Part shown: in pieces, positions 25,374-36,307 of the stretch
Layout of the letters: each line of letters begins with the position of its first letter
Position numbering within the stretch: position 1 is the first letter of the stretch
DNA from: Octopus sinensis
Taxonomy: Eukaryota
Direction: 5' to 3'
Length of the DNA stretch: 64,000 bases
NCBI RefSeq assembly: GCF_006345805.1
Contig: NC_043019.1
Coordinates: 4,897,360 to 4,961,359, forward strand
The notes under the pieces: generated by a model
Told to the model about the DNA's origin: nothing
Seen by the model: only the letters and a program-made list of their open reading frames with translations
The model's database searches: none
Made by a program: the position numbers and the translations under genes

Positions 25374-25760
25374 GAGGCGCAATGGCCCAGTGGTTAGGGC
25401 AGCGGACTCGCGGTCATAGGATCGCGGTTTCGATTCCCAGACCGGGCGTTGTGAGTGTTTATTGAGCGAAAACACCTAAAAGCTCCACGAGGCTCCGGCA
25501 GGGGATGGTGGTGATCCCTGCTGTACTCTTTCACCACAACTTTCTCTCACTCTTACTTCCTGTTTCTGTTGTACCTGTATTTCAAAAGGGCTGGCCTTGT
25601 CACTCCCTGTGTCACGCTGAATATCCCCGAGAACTACGTTAGGGGTACACGTGTCTGTGGAGTGCTCAGCCACTTACACGTTAATTTCACGAGCAGGCTG
25701 TTCCGTTGATTCGGATCAACCGGAACCCTCGTCGTCGTAACCGACGGAGTGCTTCCAACT
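25374..25760 (+). mobile_element. tRNA-headed SINE family D; related heads/bodies at 4030-4330(-), 7263-7690, 33444-33745, 43538-43830
   Basis: GGAGGCGCAATGGCCCAGTGGTTAGG...GGTTTCGATTCCC head followed by a non-tRNA body. Confidence 0.8.
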
Positions 25761-26145
25761 GTTATAAAAAAAATTGTACAAAAATAAAATTCCCTCTTTT
25801 TTCCTTTCAGTATTCCTGTGGTGTCTCAAAGCCTACCCTACTCCAAAACACGCCTCATTAAACCTTTTGATCTCTCATCTTCAGAATTGCAGCCCTTCTC
25901 AAGAAATCTCTCCTTACCCACAATTTCCTCAGAGTTTGTTGGGTTTTTGTTTTTTTTCTCAGTTTTCTTTTTAATGCTTAGAGGAAGAAGGAGACCATAC
26001 CCGACCCCCTTTTCAATGCCCCCAAGTATTATTCACTGGCATCCGTGCTAGCAGGGTGCCAAGAGCACCATCCAAGCGTGATCGTTGCCAGAGCAGCAGA
26101 CTGGCTTCTGTACCCGCTCTCTTAATAATTAGTTTTATTAAAGAA

Positions 26146-26449
26146 CTAGCAGTATCGCCCGGCGTTGCTCGGGTTTGTAAGGGAAATAACTATATAAGCA
26201 TTTTTAGAGAGTTACTTCCCTTATATAAACCGAGCAAAAAATCATTAAAAATACGGAAAAATGATGGTAAATTTATTTTTAAATCGTAGACTCATCGTAG
26301 ACACACGCTAATACCCAGAAGGGCTCGATATGAATCACGACTATAAGATACCCGGTTTTGGTTAAACTGCACCGCAAAATGTGAGAGTAGTTAGGAATCT
26401 AAATCGTAGGAGACAGACACACACACAACTTCATTTTTATATATAAAGA
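26146..26449 (-). mobile_element. Helitron H1, minus strand; isolated 31-bp 3' terminus also at 35092-35122
   Basis: CTAGCAGTATCGCCCGGCGTTGCTCGGG...ATATATAAAGA. Confidence 0.85.
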
Positions 26450-27819
26450 TATCCACTGGTTATCTTTGACTGCTATCTAATTGACCAGTGTGCTTATGTC
26501 ATCAAAACCCCTGGTTATTCCATTCTCGGATTCCTTTGTTTCAGTTTCAAATACTTTGGGTAAATTTTGCTTTATCTTAAAATTTAAAATTTTACTTGAT
26601 TCTTTTATTTTCTAGGTATATATACGCATTAAGACCATCTATGCTTCATCAGTCTGTAAAACTGCCAAAGTTATGGTGATAAGAATCAAGGCAATAATTT
26701 TTACTTATTACTTATCAAAATTCCATTATTCATTCACAAAAAGAATTTCTTCCCTTAGCTACTGCGATACACAATCCTGGTGCTGATAGTTGACACATAA
26801 TCAATGACCATAATTCTGGGTTAAGCACCCCGTGTGACCCCTTGAACTTTTTTTTTATTTTTTGGAATTTTAAGAACATTTTTGCAAATTTGTGTTCTAC
26901 ACACGGGAATTCATACGATTACTCTTTACTCTTTTACTTGTTTCAGTCATTTGACTGCGGCCATGCTGGAGCACCACCTTTAGTCGAGCAAATCGACCCC
27001 GGGACTTTTTCTTTGTAAGCCTAGTACTTATTTTATCGGTCTCTTTTGCCGAACCGCTAAGTAATGGGGACGTAAACACACCAGCATCGGTTGTCAAGCA
27101 ATGCTAGGGGGACAAACACGGACACACAAATACACACACATATATACATATACATATATACAAAGGGCTTCTTTCAGTTTCCGTCTACCAAATCCACTCA
27201 CAAGGCATTGGTCGGCTTGGGGCTATAGTAGAAGAGACTTGCCCAAGGTGCCACGCAGTGGAACTGAACCCGGAACCATGTGGTTGGTTAGAAAGCTACT
27301 TACCACATAGCCACTCCTGCGCCTATCTCTTTTATTTTTTAATATTATGTATGATAAAGGAAAGTTGGCTGCTCTTTCTACTAGTTTAAGTCACCATGTA
27401 GAGGCTCTTTCATTTGCTTGTTTGCTGTTTAGCCCCAGTTAGCCCTAACTGAGCAGAGCTATGATCAAAGGGGTTCTAAGTGTGATCATCCAGTCTTTTT
27501 AGAGTTAAATTACCTAATGTGTTCTTTCCTTATTTAAATTAGAATGTAGACCATAGGATGTGCTTTGAGGGAGCACTAGTTTCAGATGTGTGCAATAGTT
27601 ATTCTAAGTTTGCTCCAACTTAATTGCTGCATGTTTGGACAAACCACCTCTGCATCACAAGTAAAAAGTTTTTGATAGTTCATTGTGCTACCTCAATACC
27701 AATAACAGGAACCAGTCACCCATTAGCCTATAAATCCAGCTTATTAGACATAGCAGCTAAATCTTCCTTTATTGTGTCCATCTGGAATAGGATAGAGCAC
27801 ATTAAATAATGTAGTCCTA

Positions 27820-28170
27820 GATGACCTCATTCTTGCTCACAACATCATAAGTGGAAAGTGTAACCTCTCGAAAGAGCTGTTCTTCACTCCTGCTCCAGAG
27901 CATCAGCTGCAGGGTCACTCCGAAAAGCTCTATCTGCGACGATTTCATCTCAATCGAAGGAGAGGGGCTTTCTCCGTCCGGGTTGTGGATCCGTGGAATA
28001 AGCTGCCAGACAAGATAGTGAAGATGCCGACGACCGCTCGGTTCAAAGTCTCCCTTGACCTCAAGTGACCTTAACTCTTTACATGAACACCACCCTGTAC
28101 TTAACTCCATGTCCCCCTACATGGCCTTGCTTTTTGCTTTTTGAGCCAAAAAATTAACTAACTGACTAAC
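27820..28170 (+). mobile_element. Second CR1-like family 3' end with (TAAC)n tail
   Basis: DDLILAHNIISGK...QGHSEKL...FSVRVVDPWNKLP; sister copy at 59176-59535. Confidence 0.82.
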
Positions 28171-28765
28171 TAACTTATAACAAAGATAGGATCGTCATGG
28201 GTAGAATTTGGGACTAAACAACAACATTTTCTCCTTTCCCATTCTTATGTCTTTTAATAATCAGATTTTTCTGCCAAAACAGTTTTCAGATGTAAACCAA
28301 ACAAGCAGTTTTCATTATTTCTTGACAACATAACACCAGATGTCACTTGTATCGTACATATCTTTAGATGCAGTTCCCTTGGGGCTCTGCAGTTGTATGC
28401 CGTCCAGCAACTTCCATTCCGTACAATCAGCAGGGCTACTACCAGGCACAGGATTTTCTACATTAATCCAGTAATCAATAACATCAACCCTGTACTTTAA
28501 TTATATAAAGGTCAAAGGACAAAGTCAACCTTGGTGAGATTTGAACTCAGACTGTAAAAGGCTGTGACTAAATACTGCAAAGCTTTGTGTCTTCTCTTTA
28601 CCAATCTTACTGCATTATGAATTAAGGAGACCATATTCTACTGATAAATTAATATGTGCATGGAAGTATTTTATATTTCACGTAAACTAACAAACTTTTC
28701 TTCATTAAATTCCTATTACCGTTTACTGAATTATCACAATGTCTTCGTTATCTTTCTATTTTCAG

Positions 28766-28840
28766 TGGCGGCGATTTAATTTCTTTGAGAAAGAAAGCAC
28801 TTACTACCCAGATTCCAATGAAATATTTGACAAATTAAAG
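28766..28840 (+). CDS. VPS11: VPS11 exon 2 (WRRFNFFEKESTYYPDSNEIFDKLK)
   Basis: Acceptor ttttcag, donor gtgaga; 75 nt, phase 0/0. Confidence 0.95.
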
Positions 28841-30472
28841 GTGAGAGGCTTATAAATTCCACCCCCTTTTTTTTTTTATTATTTGCTACTTTAAAGCACC
28901 ATCCAATTGTGGCCGTTTGCCAGCCTCATCTGGCACCTGTGCCGGTGGCACGTAAAAAGCACCCACTACACTCACGGAGTGGTTGGCTTTAGGAAGGGCA
29001 TCCAGCTGTAGAAACACTGCCAGATCAAGGCTGGAGCCTGGTGCAGCCTCCTGGCTTTCCAGACTCCGGTTTAACCGTCCAACCCACGCTAGCATGGAAA
29101 ACGGACGTTAAACGATGATGATGATGATTTTGATGAAGATTTACAGAGAAGAAAATCAGAGGAGCTCACATTATAGTATATTGCTATTTGAAATGCAGCA
29201 TTTTATACTCTCATAGGAGCCTCTATGTGCCTGCATTCTCTCTCTTGTACTTGTTTCAGTCATTTGACTGCGGCGATGCTGGAGCACTGCCTTTAGTCGA
29301 GCAAATCGACCCCGGGACTTATTCTTTGTAAGCCCAGTACTTATTCTATCAGTCTCTTTTGCCCAACCGCTAAGTGACGGGGACGTAAACACACCAGCAT
29401 CGGTTGTCAAGCAATGCTAGGGGGACAGACACAGACACATACATATATATATACATATATACGACAGGCTTCTTTCAGTTTCTGTCTACCAAATCCACTC
29501 ACAAGGCATTGGTCGGCTCGGGACTATGGCAGAAGACACTTGCCCAAGGTGCCACTGACAAAACTTCGTGCTGCATCTCTGGAATTTGTTGATGAAGTTT
29601 AGATAATTTTAAAAATTTGACAGTCCCAGATGAGGAATCACTTGAAGGTGTATGTTTCCAGGCAATCATCTCTTTGATTTCATTTCTGTCTGAAGATGGA
29701 GACTTCTACAATAATTCAACTTTCTAGGTGACATTTAGAGCTTACTAACATCTATATATTGTAGTGGGTTATGTGTCACCAACTTGCTATACTCTCTTTT
29801 ACTCTTTTACTTGTTTCAGTCATTTGACTGCGGCCATGCTGGAGCACCGCCTTTAGTCGAGCAAATCGACCCAGGGACTTATTCTTTTGTAAGCCCAGTA
29901 CTTATTCTATTGGTTTCTTTTGCCGAACCGCTAAGTGACGGGGACGTAAACACACCAGCATCGGTTGTCAAGCAATGCTAGGGGGGACAAACACAGACAC
30001 ACACATATATATATACATATATACGACAGGCTTCTTTCAGTTTCCGTCTACCAAATCCACTCACAAGGCTTTGGTCGGCCCGGGGCTATAGCAGAAGACA
30101 CTTGCCCAAGATGCCACGCAGTGGGACTGAACCCAGAACCATGTGGCTGGTTAGCAAGCTAGCCACTCCTGCGCCTATTGTAAATTAATATTGGTTTCGT
30201 ATTTTAGCAGAAGACCAGGAATTGATAAACTGGTGCTTATTTTATCGACCCCAAAAGGATGAAGGGCAAAGTCGACCTCAGCAGAATTTGAAATCAGAAT
30301 GTAAAGACAGCCAAAATGCTACTAAGTATTTGGCCCCTAGCATGCTAACGATTCTTCCACCTGCCGCCTTATTGTAAATCAATATTAAATCTTTCATATT
30401 AAGGATGATGGCTTTGCAGAATCTCTAAGACTGTTTCCAAAATGCACTGTTGTATATACTTGTGAATCTTTG

Positions 30473-30886
30473 GGATCTTTTCGTTTTGAACGGCAGTTTT
30501 TTCTAGCGGTGTCATACGAAATTGTCACCCATAATTATGACCCTAGAATAGATCTATTGCATTTCAATCTCTTTTAAGGTTAGGGGTGGGGGAAGGGTAT
30601 CTTTGTTTTCTTCACAAATGTAAATAAACCCAATCTGTTTCTTAAACGAGGGACATATTCATACGGCACAGAATGTTTTTTTTTACCTCAATAGACGTCA
30701 CTGATTGGTTGAAATTGCCGAAATGCAAGAAATTAAAGACCAAATATCTTACAAACTATAGAATTTTCTCAATAAAGCCGAGAGAAAAAGATGTCTTATA
30801 AACACATTCTACCAGTATACGAGGTTTAAATTTTTTTAGTTACCTAGAAATTATGTTAAAAACTGCCATTCAAACTGAAAAGATCC
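30473..30886. mobile_element. Merlin-like MITE, 9-bp TSD GAATCTTTG
   Basis: TSD at 30464-30472 / 30887-30895. Confidence 0.85.
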
Positions 30887-31085
30887 GAATCTTTGTTCTA
30901 AGTTCAATTCTCACAAAGGTCAACATTACCTGTCATTCATCCAGGATTCATAAAGTAAAGTACCAGTTAAGTACCGGCCTTCTTCTAAATATTGTGACCT
31001 TGTAACTTAAGTTAGAAAACAATATTTAAAGATTTTTTTTTAAAAATTAACATATTGTGTTCTCTTTACCTTCTTGTTTTAAAAG

Positions 31086-31259
31086 GATATTAATATATCT
31101 GCTTGTGCCAGTGGTCGAGGACAAATCATAATTGGTGACCACAATGGATTCCTGCATTTTATCAACCGTAAAATGGAGATCACTGAATTTGAAGCCTACA
31201 AGATCCGTGTGTCACACTTGTTTCAGATGAAGCAACACAATCTTTTAATTTCCATTGGA
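31086..31259 (+). CDS. VPS11: VPS11 exon 3 (DINISACASGRGQIIIGD...FEAYKIRVSHLFQMKQHNLLISIG)
   Basis: Acceptor aaaag, donor gtaagt; 174 nt. Matches human SGRGSLVFGD...FQAYKLRVTHLYQLKQHNILASVG. Confidence 0.97.
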
Positions 31260-31404
31260 GTAAGTTCCCGATCTTCCTGTTTCAAACCAAATCAATAATA
31301 ATTATATCAATGATGAGTCGATGTGTGTGTTTGTATTTTTTAGTAAATTTATCTTGCTACAGGTAGATTCCAGAGAAAAAGTAAGAGTTGGTCACCTGTT
31401 TTAA

Positions 31405-31629
31405 CCCTTTAGCATTTAAACCGGCCATATCCGGCCAAAAATATTCTACCTGTTTTATGTTCAAACTGGCCAGATCTGGTCTCTCGCACCAACCCTACAA
31501 TATCGTTTTGAAAATTAACAGCTACCTCATCAAAATCATATAGCTACAAGATAATTAATGCATGATTAGTTCAAAACAATGTGGATAAAAAAGGATTAAT
31601 TTTGGCAGAATAATGCGAACACTAAAGGG
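31405..31629. mobile_element. piggyBac-like MITE family P2; other copies at 43286-43500, 48180-48665, 55567-55780, ~60352-60546
   Basis: TTAA|CCCTTTAGCATT...CTAAAGGG|TTAA termini. Confidence 0.85.
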
Positions 31630-32068
31630 TTAAAGTGAAGCAGCTTTGAACTTAATCCCTGTTATAGGGCCAGCTTAAGACCCATGGGGGCCCTAAGTAC
31701 TTGAAAGATTTTGATACCCCCATATATATGTAATTCAAAATATAAACAATGATAAACCATAAAATAAATTTTTATTTTTCAAAATGAAACAAAACTAACA
31801 AAAAGATGGAAAATAATGTTCATTTTTGTATAATTCCATATATTTATATAAGAAATACTAAATTTCTAAATCTCTTGTAGAGACATGTACGGTGGTGGGG
31901 CGATAGAATGGTTGTATACTGTCAATCTAACACGAACATGACAGTAGGGGGGTACACCACCGCTGTATAGCCCTAGGAAGCATCGACGCCTCCTGATGGC
32001 TTTGATACATTTTTCCCTGTGTCCTTATATACATTTACGAAGGGGAGACAAACGCCGCCGGAGCTGCA

Positions 32069-32113
32069 TCTAGGGACACGTGTTTCAGGATCATTGTCCT
32101 TCTTCGGCCTAGA
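32069..32113 (-). ncRNA. Minimal type I hammerhead ribozyme motif (Penelope-like), core variant CCGAAGA
   Basis: Minus strand TCTAGG-CCGAAGA-AGGA-CAATGA-TCCT-GAAAC-ACGT-GTC-CCTAGA: 6-bp stem I, 4-bp stem II, GAAA, 2-bp stem III with palindromic loop, GUC cleavage triplet. Confidence 0.72.
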
Positions 32114-32504
32114 GTAGCAGACACCGGTCAGCTGGTGATATTTGTCTCCACTTCGTATTGTATATATCTATAATTCAGTGAAGTCTATTCACTGATTATC
32201 AAAATATATTTATATATTTGTATATATTTATATTTGGAAAGTTTTCTCTTACCTTTTTTAATTGCAAAGTCTTTGATCGGATCCTATATCATTTTTTTGC
32301 ACTCTTGATTGTAAAATTCTGGTTTCCATTCCTGGACTGGGCAATATGTTGTGTTCTTGAGCAAAACACTTCATTTCCAGTTGCTCTGGTCCACTCAGCT
32401 GGTGAAAATGAGTAACGCTGCAACAGACCAGCAGACTTGTGATGATCAAAGACATTCCAGCCATGGCCATCCTGTCTTTCTCTCAGGCATTGTATATCTA
32501 GGAT

Positions 32505-32905
32505 GGATCTTTTCGGTTTGAACAGCAGTTTTTTCTAGCAGTGTCATATGAAATTGTCACCCATAATTATGACCCTAGTATCGATCTATTGCATTTCAAT
32601 CTGTTTTAGGGTTAGGGGTGAGGGGAAGGGTATCTTTTTTTTCTTCAGAAATGTAAATAAACCCAATCTGTTTCTTAAACGAGGGACATATTCATACGGC
32701 ACAGAATATTTTTTTACCTCAATAGACATCATTAATTGGTTGAAATTGCAGAAATTGAAGAAAAAAGACAACAAATATCTTACAAACTATAAAGCCAAGA
32801 GAAAAAGATGTTTTATAAACACATGATAACCAGTATTCGAAGTTTAAAAGTGTTTAGTTACGTGGAAATTATTTTAAAAAACTGCCGGTCAAACCGAAAA
32901 GATCC
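32505..32905. mobile_element. Merlin-like MITE (TIR GGATCTTTTCGGTTTGAACGGCAGTTTT), 8-bp TSD TCTAGGAT
   Basis: Both TIRs and a perfect TSD (32497-32504 / 32906-32913) are visible. Confidence 0.85.
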
Positions 32906-33125
32906 TCTAGGATTACACTATCCATTTTTGTTGTTCTTCTCCTAGGCATTACATATTTAACTCTACATTCCCCAAGTTGTCTCCCCACTTTTCCAAAACG
33001 GCAGGCTTTAATTTGAAGGGGCTTGTACTGATTATTTGTTGGCTTATAGAAAATTAAATAATCGTGGTAAGTTTGTCTCCAAGGAATTTGTGGATGTCTT
33101 ATATAAACCCGTTTTATATTTTCAG

Positions 33126-33176
33126 GAAGATGAACAAGGGGTGAACCCTCTTATTAAAGTATGGAATCTCGATAAA
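33126..33176 (+). CDS. VPS11: VPS11 exon 4 (EDEQGVNPLIKVWNLDK)
   Basis: Acceptor ttttcag, donor gtaagt; 51 nt. Human EDEEGINPLVKIWNLEK. Confidence 0.97.
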
Positions 33177-33743
33177 GTAAGTGTGAAAAGAAATCCTTTT
33201 TTACTCTTTTATATGTTTCAGCCTTGAGGCCGCGGCCATGCTGAAGCACTTATTTGATGAATAGTATTGTGTGGTAAGAAGCCTGCTTCCCAACCACATG
33301 GTTCTGAGTTCAATCCCACTGCATGGCACCTTGGGCAAGTGGCTTCTACTATAGCCTTGGGCTGACCAAAGCTTTGTGAGTGGATTTAGTAGGCAGAAAC
33401 TGAAAGAATCCCATCATATATATTATATATATATGTGTGTGTGGAGGTGCAATGGCCCAGTGGTTAGGACAGCGGACTCGCGGTTGTAGGATTGCGGTTT
33501 CGATTCCCAGACCGGGCATTGTGAGTGTTTATTGAGCGAAAACACCTAAAGCTCCATGAGGCTCAGGTAGGGGGTGGTGGCAAACCCTGCTGTACTCTTT
33601 CACCACAACTTTCTCTCACTCTTTCTTCTGTTGGTCTGCTCGCTTAGCCAGCGGGGTGGCGTCATTTGAAGGCTAAAAACAATGTGAAGCGCATTGTGAC
33701 CAGTGATGTGTAGCAACATCTGATAGCCTGGTCGGTCACGGTG

Positions 33744-33775
<32 letters not shown>

Positions 33776-33849
33776 GTTTATAAACATTCGTAAACAAGGA
33801 GGCAGGGGCTGAAATGTTCCTGGTTTGGGGTAAAAGAAAATACAGGAGA

Positions 33850-33975
33850 ATCAGTTAATTATGATTTTATTCAACATATTCCCCTCTCAGATTCGCACAC
33901 ATATTGCAGCAGTCCTTCAGTTTTTCTGACCCCTGTAAAAGAACTCACAAGGTTGGGCCTCCAACCATGCCTTTC
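33850..33975 (-). mobile_element. Degenerate mariner C-terminal fragment
   Basis: Minus strand ends ...CANLRGEYVE*, typical of mariner transposase ends. Confidence 0.45.
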
Positions 33976-34202
33976 ACATGGCAAATGTTTAATGCTCTGA
34001 ACAGTGCTCTGCTACCTTCTTTCACTTGCGATACACTTAGATTCTTTTCAAAATTCGGCTGCACACCTGAACTAAAGATATAGCTAAAAGTATAGGGGAA
34101 AAAAATTATATTCAGGTTACATTGCGGCACACCAGTTGCAGAGCACTGGTCTGTGCCATAGTTTCTTTTGCCATTTTCTCACCCACCAGCCCACTTTGTC
34201 TT

Positions 34203-34875
34203 CATCATCATCATCATCACCGTCGTTTAACGTCCGTTCTCCATGCTAGCATGGATTGGACGGTTCGACCGGGGATCTCGGAAGCCAGGAGGCTGCACCA
34301 GGCTCCAGTCTGATCCGGCAGTGTTTCTACAGCTGGATGCCCTTCCTAATGCCAACCACTCCGTGAGTGTAGTTGGTGCTTTTTACGTGCCACCGGCAAC
34401 AGGTGCCAGGGGAGGCTGGCAAACGGCCACGATCATTTGGTGCTTTTTACGTGCCACCGGCACAGGGGCCAGAGGAGGCTGGCAAACGGCCACGATCAGA
34501 TTGGTGCTTTTTACTTGCTACCGGCACAGGGGCCGGGGGACGCTGGCAAACGGCCACCATCGGATTGGTGCTTTTTACGTGCCACCGGCACAGAAGCCAG
34601 CGGAGGCTGGCAACGGCCACGATCATTTGGTGCTTTTTACGTGCCACCGGCACAGGGGCCAGGGGAGGCTGGCAAATGGCCATGATCGGATTGGTGCTTT
34701 TTACGTGCCACCAGCACAGGGGCCAGGGGAGGCTGGCAAACGGCCACGATCGGATTGGTGCTTTTTACGTGCCACTGGCACAGAAGCCAGGGGAGGCTGG
34801 CAAACGGCCACGATCGGATTGGTGCTTTTTACGTGCCACCGGCACGGAAGCCAGTCAAGGCGGCGCTGGCATCGT
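34203..34875 (-). mobile_element. SINE family C with (GAT)n tail and internal 62-64-bp tandem array (8 units here); other copies at ~11395-11930, 12358-12680, 21035-21350, 28890-29128(+), 36846-37125, 43955-44320, 49827-50015, 54525-54820(+), 58370-58575, 59890-60233(+)
   Basis: GGTTGGCGTTAGGAAGGGCATCCAGC (Meta-domain-like, from recall); unit starts at 34375, 34439, 34503, 34567, 34629, 34693, 34757, 34821. Confidence 0.85.
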
Positions 34876-34981
34876 GCTACAAAAAGATCAAGAGCACTTT
34901 CCTGTCCACTTCTGAATAAGTAATAAAAAAAAAAGTCATTTTTTAATTAAGCTCAATAAACATTTTTACCTTTCTTTATAG

Positions 34982-35047
34982 ATGGATCGAGGTATTCCAT
35001 TATGTACAAGAATTGCCAGAGCTATTCCTGGGAATAAACCTTCACAC
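34982..35047 (+). CDS. VPS11: VPS11 exon 5 (MDRGIPLCTRIARAIPGNKPSH)
   Basis: Acceptor tttatag, donor gtaagt; 66 nt. Human GNPLCTRIFPAIPG. Confidence 0.95.
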
Positions 35048-35250
35048 GTAAGTCACTTTGTTATAATTTCTGATGTTCCTTTTATTTAGAACTAGCAGTA
35101 TCGCCCGGCGTTGCTCGGGTTTATATCACACCCTGCTGATGTAGCTGTACCCTAGCTATATTATTGAATCATGTAGCATGTATTTCCTAAGTATATCATT
35201 TCTAAATATCTATTAAAAATTGGTTAACTTACAGATTTTATGAATTTCAG

Positions 35251-35348
35251 GTAACCTGTTTGACAGTCCATGAAAACCTCAACTGGATGGCCATTGGATT
35301 TGAATGCGGCAGTGTGGTCCTTTATAAAGGAGATGTCACACGTGATCG
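35251..35348 (+). CDS. VPS11: VPS11 exon 6 (VTCLTVHENLNWMAIGFECGSVVLYKGDVTRD)
   Basis: Acceptor tttcag, donor gtttgt; 98 nt, ends in phase 2. Human VSCLTVHENLNFMAIGF...KGDITRDR. Confidence 0.97.
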
Positions 35349-35501
35349 GTTTGTAAAAAATTTTAGAATTTATTCATTGTAGAGTCACTTAATATTGTTT
35401 CTTTTATGCTTATGTATATGGTTAGTATTACATACGTATTGTAATCAAATATGAGCATTATTAAATCTCTGAATGAGATGTAAACAGTAACCGCTCGACA
35501 A

Positions 35502-35872
35502 TGTAAAGTATAATAGCCATCTCAATATGGCTAACCACAAAGGGTGGGTGTTACTGTAGCTTGTAGCCCCAGGAGATCATCGTCTCCAGCTGGCTTTAGG
35601 CACACTTTCTGTGCTCTTATAGTATTTGCAAAGGAGGCCTCCTTTTGCAAATACCATAAGAGCACAGAAAGTGTGCCTCGTCTCCAGCTGGCTTTAGGCA
35701 CACTTTCTGTGCCCTTATGGTATTTGCAAAGGAGGCCTCCTTTTGCAAATACCATAAGAGCACAGAAAGTGTGCCTAAAGCCAGCTGGAGACGATGATCT
35801 CCTGGGGCTACAAGCTACAGTAACACCCACCCTTTGTGGTTAGCCATATTGAGATCGCTAGTATACTTTACA
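35502..35872. repeat. Spacerless palindrome, ~136-bp arms, with 98-bp tandem duplication of its centre
   Basis: Arms 35502-35637 and 35736-35872 differ at 4 positions; centres GGAGG|CCTCC at 35637 and 35735. Confidence 0.95.
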
Positions 35873-36142
35873 ATAAAATATGAATTAGAGATAAAACCAC
35901 TATTAGGCAACTCAAACAGTGATAGACATAAACCAATACATAAATAACAAATAATATAAATATAATTAATATAATATATATATATAAAATATAAAATTTA
36001 AATTTTTTTAAAAATTTAATTTTATATTTTTATATATATATTATATTATATTATATTATATTATTTGTTATTTATGTATTGGTTTATGTCTATCACTGTT
36101 TGAGTTGCCTAATAGTGGTTTTATCTCTAATTTATATTTTAT
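35873..36142. repeat. Palindrome with 74-bp perfect arms and AT-rich self-complementary centre
   Basis: 35883-35956 is the exact reverse complement of 36059-36132. Confidence 0.95.
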
Positions 36143-36147
36143 ATACA

Positions 36148-36307
36148 ATAAGAGGCTTCCAAATAGGAAAGCGTTGTGCTAGAAAGAGCAGTAGAAATCT
36201 CAAAACCACAAGAAAAATGATAAATTCTCAAATATCCTTTTTCTTGTGGTTTTGAGATTTCTACTGCTCTTTCTAGCACAACGCTTTCCTATTTGGAAGC
36301 CTCTTAT
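36148..36307. repeat. Palindrome with 70-bp perfect arms and 20-nt loop
   Basis: 36148-36217 is the exact reverse complement of 36238-36307. Confidence 0.95.

Noticed and set aside
25374-25446. tRNA-like sequence (also 7263, 33444, 42044, 43538)
   Set aside because: SINE heads: they run directly into repeat bodies and lack a proper acceptor stem.
34375-34875. CRISPR-like regular repeats
   Set aside because: Contiguous tandem units with no unique spacers, in eukaryotic DNA with no cas genes.
34243-34923. 226-aa and 180-aa ORFs (also 11446-11955)
   Set aside because: They arise from the stop-free 62-64-bp tandem array inside SINE family C; no protein-family features.
35531-35843. Mirror-image 99-aa ORFs on both strands
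   Set aside because: A direct consequence of the palindrome; no coding signal.
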